In this document: positions 39,853 to 52,330 of the stretch, in pieces
Layout: each line of letters opens with the position of its first letter
How positions within the stretch are numbered: the first letter of the stretch is position 1
NCBI RefSeq assembly: GCF_036365525.1
Contig: NC_090372.1
Location: 146,462,365 to 146,526,364, forward strand
Source: Heterodontus francisci
Lineage: Eukaryota
Length of the DNA: 64,000 nucleotides
Reading direction: 5' to 3'
Notes under the pieces: model-generated
What the model saw: the letters and a program-made list of their open reading frames with translations, nothing else
What the model was told of the DNA's origin: nothing
Databases searched by the model: none
Program-made: the position numbers and the translations under genes

Positions 39853-40300
39853 ACTATTTGATTGTTCCTTGTCCTTTTCCATAACTATTCTAAACCTGAT
39901 GATATTATTATCACTGTATCCCAAATGCTCCCCCACTGAAACATGCTCCACCTCCTTCACTTCATTCTCCAGAACTAGATCCAGCACTGCTGCCTCCCTC
40001 ATTGGGTTGGAAACACACTGATCAAAAAGGTTCGCTTGTACACATTTCAGTAATTCCTCCCCCTTGTTGCCCTTTACACTGTTACTATCCCAGTCTATAT
40101 TAGGATAATTGAAATCCTCCCTTTATCACTACTCTGTAGTTCTTGCATCTTTCTATAATTTGACTGCAAATTTGCTCCTCTATCTCCTTCTCACAATTTG
40201 GTGGCCAATAGTATATACACAGTAGCATAATAGTTCTTCACTTGTTCCTTAATTCTAACCAAGTAGATTCTGTCTTTGACTCCTCACAGACATCATCCCT
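39853..40300 (-). mobile_element. CR1 APE-domain fragment
   Basis: REAAVLDLVL...GEHLGYSDNNIIRF. Confidence 0.8.
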
Positions 40301-41529
40301 TAGTAGTGCATGGTAAGCATTTCATGGGATGTTTATCTCTTGGCAACACTGTACAGGGTTTGAAAGCATTGATAGGATAACAGTGTATGAGTGACAGTTA
40401 TCATGGATCACTTAGTGGCCTCTAATCTCCGGGCTGCTACTTCACATTAGAGCTGTTCTATAATCTTACCTTGGTAGCTTTCTTCTGGTCAACCATCTCC
40501 TTGCAGATGCCAAGTCTGGTGAGTTATGCAGACAGTAACATTTTACTGGGTGAGCAGAGCAAGACCCCTGCCTTTTATGTCAAGTAGAAGAAGAATTTTG
40601 TGTTTTCTTATGAGCTAGTATGGAAAAATTTCCATTGGCATGTATTAAAATTATAACCTTGGAGTATAATTTTGCCAAATTTAGCAAAGAGCGGAAATAT
40701 TCCTCTTACATAAGTAAAGGATAGCTCAGTAGCTTGCTTGTTGCAAGGAATTTTCCACAATAATTTGGATTGTTCTGGAAGATGAATTAGTCATGTTCTG
40801 ATAGCTGTTGCTGGCACTCAAGGAATGGCGTATTATTCCAGAAGACATTTTCTACTTGGCTAGTGACATTTTTCCTAAGTTGTCATGGATACCTCAAGAA
40901 ACAGAAACAATGTTGATTGGATTCCATTCCAGCCTTGGGTCTGAGTGGGCTTTTCTTTGGTGGGAAGTCCAGTCTTTATCCAACAATAACATTTTTTGGA
41001 ACCCATGCACTCACTACATCTGCGCCACTTGATTATGTCACAGCTGGAGGCAGTATCTATCGGAGCCAAAGATGAAAGACCAGTTGAAAAGATATGCTGG
41101 TTTCTTCAGCTGATCTAAATATAAATACTATTAGTAAGTTGATTTATTTTCTCAGATAGGTATTCTCTCCAGTACTTAGAGGTGGAAAGAAATCAAATTT
41201 CAGTGGGAGGGGTGCTGTGGGTAGGGGGTGGGGGGGGGGCGGGGTGGGTGGTGGGGAAAGGAAAATTTTAAAAATCTAGACTTACTTTCTTTTGTTCAAC
41301 TATATGGACTACCCTGGGACTCTCCTCTCCTGAACCATCAGCTTGCAGGGTGTCCCACCACTAGCTTTCTTCAGATGGATGTCACTTGGATGCCCAAAGG
41401 TGAAGTGAGGATAGTAGAACAAAGTCCTGAAATAATTCATCTTGAGTCTCACGTCCTGTTTGCTGCACCTAAAAACTTAACCATTCCCTAGGCACCATGT
41501 AGAGGAATATCTGCCCTTTAGGGTAATAC

Positions 41530-44180
41530 AGAATGAAATTAGTGAGCAGTTAGAAAGCATGGGTTAATCAAGAACAGATTCATTTGAACATTTTTGAAGA
41601 AATTACTGAATGTGGTGGGATATTGTATAAAGTAGCAGGCAATTAATAAGATGGCACAAAAAGACCTGTTATGACAATTAAGGCACAGAGTATTAAAAAG
41701 AACTTAATCACATAGATCGAATAAGGCCTGTGGCCAGAAAGCAAAGCGTAGGAGTCAAACGATATTTTGCAGATTAGCGGGATGTGGGTTGTGGTGTGTC
41801 CAGGGATCTGTATTAGGATATCTTTTGTTTTCCAGTTATATAAATGATTTGGACATAGGCAGAAGAGGAATAATAATGAAGTTTGTTGATGATAAAAAAT
41901 TAGAGTAACAACAAACTGATGATGAACACACGTGATTTCCAGAGGAGGCAGACAGGTTAGTGGAATGGGTAGATAGGTGACAGTTGTGTTCCAATGCATA
42001 GAAATATGGAGTACATTTTAGGAAAAAGAACAATGAAAGGCAATAAAAACAGAAAATGCTGGAAATACTCAGCAGATGCATAAGGAAATAGTGAAAGAAA
42101 ATATAGTCTAAATTGTTAGGTTTGTACAGAGCACAGCTACAGGGAGATGTGCAGGTGCAGATATATAAGGGGTAACTTTCCAAATATAAATTGATAGTAG
42201 GGAACCTATCGACCAACAATGTATATCAACAAGTGGCTGACAGCAGGGAACCCACCAACCAGCAGAGCAGCATGTATGTTCTACACTGCCAGGGCATACT
42301 CTTCCCAATATATCTCTCAAGATGAAGTTCAGGTAGAAAACACCATTTAAAAGACAAATAGGATTTTAACACCTAAGGGCATGGAATATAAAGCCAAGGA
42401 AATGGCATTGCATTTGTACAAGACATTTGTTAGGCCACAGCAGAAGTATTGAGTGCAGTTGTGGGCACTTTATTATCGGTAGAACATTGGATCTATGGAG
42501 AAATTACAGTTAAGATTCATTCGAACGACAGCAGGAGTGACAGGTCAAAGTTCTGAAGAACAGCTCAAAAATTGATTTTTTTTTTAAATTACTGGAACAG
42601 AGATAATTAAGAGGAGCAATCTAATGGAGGTTTTTTACAAATTATTAGAAGTTTTGTCATGATAAATAGTGAAAGACTAGCAGAGACCCACAAAACATTT
42701 GCGGTCAAATTAGTATACTTTACCAATTCCGACATCTCATCCACCTCTCCCATGCCATCCCCATCCCATGCCATTCCATCCTTCCCATGCCATCTGTCCT
42801 TTCAATGCCATTCCTCTCATGCCACTCCTCCCTCCCATGTCATCCCAATCCCATGCCATTCCATCCTTCCCATGGCATCCCCCTGATGCCATCTCCTCCA
42901 ATGCTATCCCCATCCCATGCCATCCCTCCTGTGCCATCCCCTCAATTCCATATCATTCCCATCCCATGCCATTCCATCCTTCCCATGCCATCTCACTGAT
43001 GCCATCTCCTCCACTGCCATCCCTCCAATACCATTCTCTCAATTCCATGCCATCCCCATTTCAGGTCATCCTATCCTTCCCATGTCATTCCTCTCATGCC
43101 ACCCCATTCCATCCATCTCTCCCATGCCAACCCCATCCCACTCGTGCCAGCCCCATCTCTCCCATCATCACCTCAGTCTCTCTTTATTTTATATTATATT
43201 TTACCCCAGTCTTTATCTCATATTGGTCATATTTTACCTCAGTCTCTCTCTATTTTCTCTTTAAATTCTGTAATGTCAAACCTGTTTTATTCCAATCTGC
43301 CTTCAAATCTTTCCAGTACCAATCACCATAGTCTCCTCCTCACGCGCCAGGCACAGCCCCCAAAAATCTGTCTTCTCCATTCACCAGGTGCCTTGTTTGA
43401 ATCAATCAAAAACTATCACCCAATGCACACTGCCCTTTAATGTTACAGTATCTAATCAACCAACTGTCAGCCCACAGGTACAAAATTTCATTGGAACTTA
43501 CAAAACACTCCGCAAACCAAGATCTTTAAACCCAACAGAAGTTGTCCTATTTTTAAAATAGGTTTCCCTCTGCGATCTCTATTACACTGATTAGATTTTA
43601 TCTCAGTCTCTTTCTATTTTATATTATATTTTACCTCAGTCTTGCTGGATTTTCTATTATATTGGCTATATTTAACCTCAGTCTCTCTCCCTCTATTTGA
43701 TATTACCTTGATTAAATTTTACCTCAGTCTCTCTCTCAGTTTTATATTATAATCTCATGAGTGCTTACTAAACTCATCTCTCACAGTAAGTGTGAAAACC
43801 TTGAACATATCCACTCTATACCTGATCTGTCATTTGGAGCCAAATCTAAACACCATAAAAAGTTTTCATTTGCACAACTTACCTCCCTTGCAGTGGAAAA
43901 TGGGGCCAATAAACTTTCTGCTATGTACTGAGTGCTTGCTCCGCCACCAATTCAACCGACCGACCAATCAGAAAAGTGCAGACAGAGAGAAGCTGCGTAT
44001 TATTGTAATAGATTTTTGACAAATCAGTAAAAATGGTGTAGAATCCAGATTATCACTAGAAGAATAGAAATAGGAAGTTAGAAGATTTCATTTTACACAG
44101 CATTATTAGAACATGGAATGATTTATCACAAATAGCTATTGAAGCAAAGACTAGAACATTGTTTAAAAACAATTATACAA
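41530..44180 (+). mobile_element. Very old CR1 remnant split by Helitron copy 2
   Basis: Degenerate RT and C-terminal sequence; ...GATAAATAGTGAAAGA|TTTTTG... rejoins across the Helitron and continues to FHFTQ...WNDL. Confidence 0.65.
42677..44012 (-). mobile_element. Non-autonomous Helitron, copy 2
   Basis: Minus strand A|TCTATTACAATAATACGCAG ... hairpin (42688-42704), 11 nt, CTAG|T; no TSD. Internal CCATGCC and CCTCAGTCTCTC minisatellites. Confidence 0.85.
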
Positions 44181-44394
44181 GCCTCTGAAAGTGAAGAATA
44201 GGCCATGATGTGTGAAAAGGCTGGGGAAATAGTCTCCTTTTGTGCAGCAATTTCTAGATTCTTTAAGACTAAATTCCGTACATATAGTTGCTCCATCAGT
44301 AGAAAGCTGTTCTTGTACTAAGTACAACTTTAAGTCCTGAGTGTATACCATTCAACAATTCTGTTGACTTTCCTCTCATATCTGTGAATGTGTT

Positions 44395-45165
44395 GGGCTG
44401 CATTTTAAGAGTCTGCTGCCAAAATAGGGCACTACGTCATGGAGCCGCCGCAATTTCAAAAGTGGTGGCTCATTAGCGTGGCCTCGGCGCCCACCCTCCG
44501 CGATAACGTGGAGGGGGTGGGCAAACCGCCACAGGCGATGGCGTCCGTCGCCAATGCGCAGGCGCTGGTGCCATTTTTAAAGTGTTTCAAGCCCTCAATG
44601 CACATTTAAAATTTAAATGGACAGGTAAGTTTAGGTTTCCTAAAACTAAATAAAATAAACATACTATGCACACTCCCACCCCCACAATGGCAAATCACAA
44701 CATTCCTGCCCTTTTCCCTCCCAGAATACAGATATTCAAAATTTGACCTTACCCCCCTCAAAGTTCGGCACCTTTGCCCTTTACCCCTTCCCATCACCCC
44801 CACCCCCCCCCCCCCCACAGTCCAATCTGTAGCATTTTAACCCTGCTCCCCACTCCCGCACAGTGAAAAAAATCCTCCTCCCCACAGGTATCACACCCCT
44901 TCCCCGAACGGGGATTCGAAGGCACGGCATTGTCGGCCGTCCCAATGAGGATTGGTGCAGCGATTAAGGAAGCGATGGGACCCTCATTAAATCAGGTATG
45001 TAAATTAGTTTACATATTTAAATGGGGGTCCCGTCACCGAGTGGCGGGGCGGCCACCATGAGCCCCTACCCCTGAGATTGGCACGGGGCCTGTCGCCGTT
45101 GGTGTCTTCATTGCCCCCCCCACCACCAATATTCCTGATGGCAGAGGGGCTTTAAAATCCAGCCT
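44395..45165. mobile_element. Complete Harbinger-type MITE
   Basis: TIRs GGGCTGCATTTTAA / TTAAAATCCAGCCT. Confidence 0.75.
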
Positions 45166-46377
45166 CTTGGGTGAATTGAATATGCTGGGTGAACTGAGAA
45201 CAAACCAACATTTAAGTCGATAGCTTCAGGTGTGAGTTGTTGAAGTCCTGATGTTATCATATTCCATACAAATAACTTTATGAGTTCACACTCCGAGCAG
45301 AAATCTTCATAAAATTAAAATTAATGCATGGGAAATCTGATGGGGCCTGCTGACTATAACAAAAACCCCTTACTTTCCTCATTTGTAATCTTCTTATTTT
45401 ACTATCTCATATTTAATTGCAAAGAGCGAACTGAAGAAATGAGTTTGATTGTCAACTAAGTATCTGTATTCTGCCTTTGTGGCTTTGACTTCTTTTAATT
45501 TAATTTTAAACTTGAACTTGAAGTGTTTTTTTTTATTAGTGATGTTCTGAGGCAGAAATGTTAGGGTAGAGAAAAATGCCCTATCCCCCAGAGGAGACCA
45601 TCTAGAGCCCTCAACATGTTACATTATTACAGTTACCAGTCCCTCTTGATCTTTTTTGTCCATTCTACAAGCCCTGGCACTGCAGTGGTTGTTAGATAGT
45701 TTATTCCTTTACAAGACTCAAATTTTTCAATCGGGAAAGGTGACCTCTTGTCCTCCCCAGGGCAATTAAAGATAGTACATTGAACCAAAGGATGCCTTGA
45801 GGCATTTGAATTGGCTCGCTACCCTCAACAACTCAGAATAGCAGAGGCTGAATGGATAATTGAGACAGCAAATGAACTGAAGGTTTCACCCTTAGGATTG
45901 ATTTCCACATCCTTAACTCCCTCTGTATAGTGTTATGGCAGTTCTTACATAATTTAGTAATGCACCAGAGGAGTATAACTTTCTGTTATTGCTATTTGAT
46001 TAGTCGAAGCTACTGTTCGAGCCACTTATTTCTCTGATCCTTTGCAGCTTCCAAAGTAGCTCTGTGTGCTCAAACAATAGTGGAAATCTCTTCATTGGCG
46101 CTCAAGAGATTAATTGGTTGATACTTCGTCGTGTGCTTCTCATGAAGGTATTCTCAAACATGGCTGACTGATTAGATCACTGATTGAATAATGATTGTTG
46201 GCAAGTACCAGAAAACATTCGAAGTTTGCAGTTGTTAATGCTTCTTACTGAAGTGAAATACAAGCTGAAAGAAATGCTAATAAATTTAAGGAGGGGTAGT
46301 TAAGATCAGTTCTTATAAAATGCAATCCCATTGAAGAGAAAATGAAGATAAGTTTTTACCTTTTTTTTCCATTACAG

Positions 46378-46545
46378 GACTCGTGTTGTTTCTCCTGTAA
46401 TAGATGTTATTGACTGGAAAACATTTCAGTATTATCACTCAGTTGATCCACAACGAGGAGTTTTCAACTGGAAGCTGGACTTTCATTGGGAACCAATACC
46501 GGAGTACGAGCAGAAATGGCGGAAGTCTCCCATCAGCCCTATACA
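46378..46545 (+). CDS. GALNT15: GALNT15 internal exon (168 nt)
   Basis: Polypyrimidine tract and acceptor TTACAG|G; reads TRVVSPVIDVIDWKTFQYYHSVDPQRGVFNWKLDFHWEPIPEYEQKWRKSPISPI; donor CA|GTAGGT. Phases (2/2) join in frame with both neighbouring exons. Confidence 0.95.
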
Positions 46546-46764
46546 GTAGGTGTCCACTTAACTGTCTGTTTAATTATACTTGAAAGCTATAAGGCAAACA
46601 AATATACAATAGGAAGTATTTAGTTAGAACAAACAGTTCCTAATACATCTGTAAAGCAAAGGGGTAAGTGAATGAAGTAAAGCAGTATAAAAATTAAGTG
46701 TTGAAAATTAAAGAGAAACCATTTTCCTATTTTATTTTATTTTATGTTGCATTATGGAGCTTTT

Positions 46765-47075
46765 TGAGTGGCTTAATGGGAGAATGTACCATCTGGTATG
46801 GCACTGAGCTGCACAGACCTGGAAGGTCCAGGGTTTGATCTCCAATTAGCAAAGAACTTGTTAACTTCAGCAGTGGCAACAGTGTAGTACTATTGCTGGC
46901 TTCAAAGTGCCCATAGAGGGGAGCACGAGCTTGGTTCCTGCTTCCATTTTTTATCAGTTATTCTTACTGCAAAGTGACCGTGTATGGAGATCAAGTGAAG
47001 ACATGATCCAGGATTGGCTATGATGCCCACCACAGTTGAATAGCTTGGTTTACTTTGGTTACTGGGACAAGATAC
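46765..47075 (+). mobile_element. Old tRNA-derived SINE remnant (related fragment at ~1990-2150)
   Basis: GGCACTGAGC...GGAAGGTCCAGGGTTTGATC head shared between the two sites. Confidence 0.45.
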
Positions 47076-47087
47076 TATAAGTGGGGA

Positions 47088-50000
47088 GGGGAGGTGGTGG
47101 CATAGTGGTATTGTCACTGGACTAGTAACCCAGAGACCCAGGGTATTGCTCTGGGGTCATGGGTTTGAATACCAGCACAGCAGAAGGTGGAATTTGAATT
47201 CAATTAATAAATCTGGAATTAAAAGCTAGTCTAATGATGGCCATGAAACCATTGTCGATTGTTGTAAAAACCCATCTGGTTCACTAATGTCCTTCAGGGA
47301 AGGAAATCTGCTCTCCAAACCTGGACTGGTCTTCATGTGACTCCAGACCCACAGCAATGTGGTTGACTCTTACATGCCCTGTGAAATGGCCTAGCAAGCC
47401 ACCGCTATGAAGTCAATAAGAAAAAATGAAACTGGTCGGAACACCTGGCATCAACCGAGGCACCGGAAACGACAACGGCAAACCCAGCCCTGTCGACCCT
47501 GCAAAGTCTTCCTTACTAACATCTGGGGGCTTGTGCCAAAGTTTAGTTTAGTTTAGTTTAGTTTAGAGATACAGCACTGAAACAGGCCCTTCGGCCCACC
47601 AAGTCTGTGCCGACCATCAACCACCCATGTATACTAACCCTACACTAATTCCATATTCCTACCACATCCCCACCTGTTCCTATATTTCCCTACCACCTAC
47701 CTATACTAGGGGCAATTGCTAATGGCCAATTTACCTATCAACCTGCAAGTCTTTGGCATGCGGGAGGAAACCGGAGCACCCGGAGGAAACCCACGCAGAC
47801 ACAGGGAGAACTTGCAAACTCCACACAGGCAGTACCCAGAATTGAACCCGGGTCGCTGGAGCTGTGAGGCTGCGGTGCTGACCACTGCGCCACTGTGCCG
47901 CCCCGCAAAAGTTGGGAGAGCTGTCCCACAGACGAGTCAAGCAACAGACTGGCATAGTCATACTCACGGAATCATACCTTACAGATAATGTCCCAGAAAC
48001 TGCCATCACCATCCCCGGGTATGTCCTGTCCCACTGGCAGGACAGACCCAGCAGAGGTGGTGGCACAGGGGTATACAGTAGGGAGGGAGTTGCCCTGGGA
48101 GTCCTCAACATCAACTCCGGACCCCATGAAATCTCATGGCATCAGGTCAAACATGGGCAAGGTAACCTCCTACTGATTACCACCTACCGCCCTCCCTCAG
48201 CTGATGACTCAGTACTCCTCCATCTTGAACACCACTGGAGGAAGCACTGAGAGCGGCAAGGGTGCAGAATGGGAGACTTCAAAGTCCATCATCAGGAGTG
48301 GCTCGGTAGCACCACTACTGACCGAGCTGGCTGAGTCTTAAAGACCTAGTTGCTAGACTGGGTATGTTCCAGGTGGTGGGGGAACCAACAAGAGGGAAAA
48401 ATAGACTTGACCTCGTCCTCACCAATCTGCCTGCCGCAGATGCATTTGTCCATGACAGTATTGGTCAGAGTGACCACCGCACAGTCCTTGTGGAGACGAA
48501 GTCCCGCCTTCACATTGAAGATACCCTCCACTGTGTTGTATGGCACTACCACCATGCTAAATGGGATAGATTTCGAACAGATCTAGCAATGCAAAACTGG
48601 GCATCCATGAGGCACTGTGGGCCATCAGCAGCAGTAGAATTATACTCAACCACAATCTGTAACGACATGGCCCGGCATATCCCCTACTCTACCATTACCA
48701 TCAAGCCAGGAGACCAACCCTGGTTCAATGAAGAGTGCAGGAGGGCATGCCAGGAGCAGCACCAGGCATAACTCAAAATGAGGTGTCAACCTGGTGAAGC
48801 TACAACACAGGATTACAAACTGCGTAAGCAGCATGCAATAGACAGAGCTAAGCGATCCCCTACCCAACGGATCAGACCTAAGCTCTGCAGTCCTGCCACA
48901 TCCAGACATGATTGGTGGTGGACAATTAAACAACTAACTGGAGGAGGTGGCTCCACAAATATCCCCATCCTCAATAATGGGGGAGCCCAGCACATCAGTG
49001 CGAAAGATAAGGCTGAAGTATTTGCAGTAATCTTCAGCCAGAAGTGCCGAGTTGATGATCCATCTCGGCCTCCTCCTGAAGTCCCCAGCATCACAGATGC
49101 CAGACTTCAGCCAATTCGATTCACTCCATGTGATATCAAGAAACAAATGAAGGCACTGGATACTGCAAAGGCTATGGGCCCTAACAATATTCCGTTAGTA
49201 GTACTGAAGACCTGTGCTCCAGAACTTGCCACGCCCCTAGCCAAGCTGTTCCAGTACAGCTACAACACTGGCATCTACCCTGCAATGTGGAAAATTGCCC
49301 AGGTATGTCCTGTACACACAAAGCAGGACAAGTCCAACTCGGCCAATTACTGCCCCATCAGACTACTCTCAATCATCAGTAAAGTATGGAAGGTGTCATC
49401 AACAGTGCCATCAAGCGGCACTTGCTTAGCAATAACCTGCTCAGTGATGCTCAGTTTGGTTTCCACCAGGGCCGCTCAGCTCCTGACCACATTACAGCCT
49501 TGGTTCAAACATGGACAAAAGAGCTGAACTCAAGAGGTGATGTGAGAATGACTGCCCTTGACATCAAGGCAGCATTTGACCGAGTATGGCATCAAGGAGC
49601 CCTAGCAAAACTGAGGTCAATGGGAAGCAGGGGGAAAACCCTCCACTGGCTGGAGTCATACCTAGTGCAAAGGAAGATGGTTGTCGTTGTAGGAGATCAA
49701 TCATCTCAGCTCCAGGACATCGCTGCAGGAGTTCCTCAGGGTAGTGCCCTAGGCCCAACCATCTTCAGCTGCTTCATCAATGACCTTCCTTCAATCATAA
49801 GGTCAGAAGTGGGGATGTTTGCTGATGATTGTACAATGTTCAGCACCATTTGTGACTCCTCAAATACTGAAGCAGTCCGTGTAGAAATGCAGCAAGACCT
49901 GGACAATATCCAGGCTTGGGCTGATAAGTGGCAAGTGACATTTGCGCCACACAAGTGCCAGGCAATGACCATCTCCAACAAGAGAGAATCTAACCATCTC

Positions 50001-50712
50001 CCCTTGACAGTCAATGGAATTACCATCACTGAATCCCCCACTATCAACATCCTAGGGGCTACCATTGACCAGAAACTGAACTGGAGTAGCCATATAAATA
50101 CCGTGGCTACAAGATCAGGTCAGAGGCTAGGAATCCTGCGGCGGGTAACTCACCTCCTGACTCCCCAAACCTGTCCACCATCTACAAGGCACAAGCCAGG
50201 AGTGTGATGGAATACTCTCCTCTTGCCTGGATGGGTGCAGCTCCAACAACACTCAAGAAGCTCGACACCATCCAGGACAAAGCAGCCCGCTTGATTGGCA
50301 CATCTACAAACATTCACTGCCTCCACCACCGGCGCACAGTGGCAGCAGTGTGTACCATCTACAAGATGCACTGCAGCAACGCACCAAGGCTCCTTCGACA
50401 GCACCTTCCAAACCCGCGACCTCTACCAACTAGAAGGACAAGTGCATCAAATGCATGGGAACACCACCACCTGCAAGATACCCTCCAAATCACACACCAT
50501 CCTGACTTGGAACTATATCGCTGTTCCTTCACTGTCGCTGGGTCAAAATCCTGGAACTCCCTTCCTAACAGCACTGTGAGTGTACCTACCCCACATGGAC
50601 TGCAGCGGTTCAAGAAGGTAGCTCACCACCACCTTCTCAATGGCAATTAGGGATGGGCAATAAATGCTGGCCTGGCCAGCGATGCCCACATCCCATGTAT
50701 GAATAAAAAAAA
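47088..50712 (+). mobile_element. Full-length tRNA-headed APE-RT LINE, copy 2, interrupted by a V-SINE
   Basis: Colinear with 27427-30716 from the first nucleotides to the A tail; ORF pieces 47912-50650. Confidence 0.92.
47541..47904 (-). mobile_element. Full-length V-SINE (HE1-like) with (TAAAC)n tail
   Basis: GGGGCGGCACAGTGGCGCAGTGG head; AAAGTT duplicated at both junctions. Confidence 0.92.
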
Positions 50713-51135
50713 CCTCACAGTAATAGTAACTCTACCACAAGCAAACAAGCAGATAGCTAAACTAGTTAGGACATTCTCCGTCCAGCTTCTACTGAATTCA
50801 CAGCATTAACCAGCCCTTACCTTTCCTCTAATTTGCAATTTCCCGCTGGCAGTAAGGATAACTTTTGTGGAAAGTATAAAGTAAGGATACTGTTCAAAAA
50901 CTGTTGCTAAGACACGTTTATGGGGCACAGTAAAGGGAGAGTTGCTCTGAATCTGACTGTATTGTACCTGATTTAATGCAGAAACTGGATGATGATTAGT
51001 CAAATAGGCAACATTGCCGACCTATAGGTTGATGATATTCCCCTGAAAAACGTTGGGGAAAATCTTCACTAGCCATTTATTTTATTCATTACCTTAATTC
51101 GGCATGATTTCGCTCTTTCGCTGTTCTTGTTTCAG

Positions 51136-51253
51136 GAGTCCTGCAGTATCTGGAGGAGCGCTAGGGATCAATCGGCATTACTTCCAAAATATTGGTGCAT
51201 ACGATCCTGGAATGCTGATGTGGGGAACAGAAAATGTGGAACTCTCTCTGAGG
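51136..51253 (+). CDS. GALNT15: GALNT15 internal exon (118 nt) with Gal/GalNAc-T motif
   Basis: Acceptor TTGTTTCAG|G; reads (Q)[39 protein letters not shown]; donor AGG|GTAAGG. Confidence 0.95.
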
Positions 51254-51720
51254 GTAAGGTTCTAATCAGAATGTCAGAACCCTCAAATCTGACTGATATC
51301 TGGTGCATTAGTCTTTAGCACACTGTACTGCATATGACAACATAGTGCCGGAGTTCTGAAAGCTTTGAAATGCTGATATCCTTGATTCTGTGCAGAGGAA
51401 TGACACCATTCTTTGGTACTATCATGTGATAAAGTGATGACTCGGTTGCTCTGAAACAAAGGGATACTGAGGGATTGATTGCAACATGAGGTTAGGCAAT
51501 GATAATGCTCGGACAACAGGCATTAATGTTTATCATGTAGCTTAGTTAGCGGACATATTTAATACCAAATTATGATCAAAACCACAGCATCTCTAGCTAT
51601 GGTTTCTCTTCATGCCACCATACCACATCCTCTGGAGCCCCTCAACGATCTGTCCTTGGCCACCCCCACACCTTTCCTCATCCACAGGCTGTCCCACACT
51701 GACATCATTCAAAGACACGG

Positions 51721-52330
51721 GGCCACTATTTTTAACTCTCTGCCAAGTGGAAACCAAGCGGTTAGTGGCGGGTAGCTAAAATGGAGTGGCGGACATACCT
51801 ACTTTTCTTCCAACCCGATTTTAAATTGCTGGCGGTAAGGACACGGGCTTCAGTCGCAAGATCCTCTTTAAATAGACACATTGAGCTCCGTTTATATTAT
51901 ATTATCCTGAAGCCCGAGCTTGGGAATAGTCACCAGCAGGACAAACCTGCTGGGTGCTGGTTCGTGATTGCAGAACAGGCCCAGTAAGGTAAATTTTTAA
52001 CTGAACAATTGTCCTTGTGGGCCAGGAGACACAAGTGCGCTCCTTTGCTTGGGCTTCTCCTTGTCCAGGTTGGGATCACTTCTCGGCCCCTCCCCCTCAC
52101 CACTTACCTGACTGGCAAGACTGTTCCCGCGGATGCCTGGCAGCAGCTTCCTGCCGTCTGAACTCCTGCTTCTGGCCACCTGCCAGGAAGTCAGTGTCAG
52201 GCAGGAGTCAGAGCCTGAATATGGAAATAAGGGGCGGAGAGATTTTAGCTTGAGTTTAACCTGGGAATCTGTCACTCACCCTTGCCCCACCCCTCTTGAA
52301 CTGATCCTGAACAGAGTTAAAATCGAGGCC
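51721..52330. mobile_element. MITE with ~18-bp TIRs
   Basis: GGCCACTATTTTTAACTCT / AGAGTTAAAATCGAGGCC. Confidence 0.7.
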
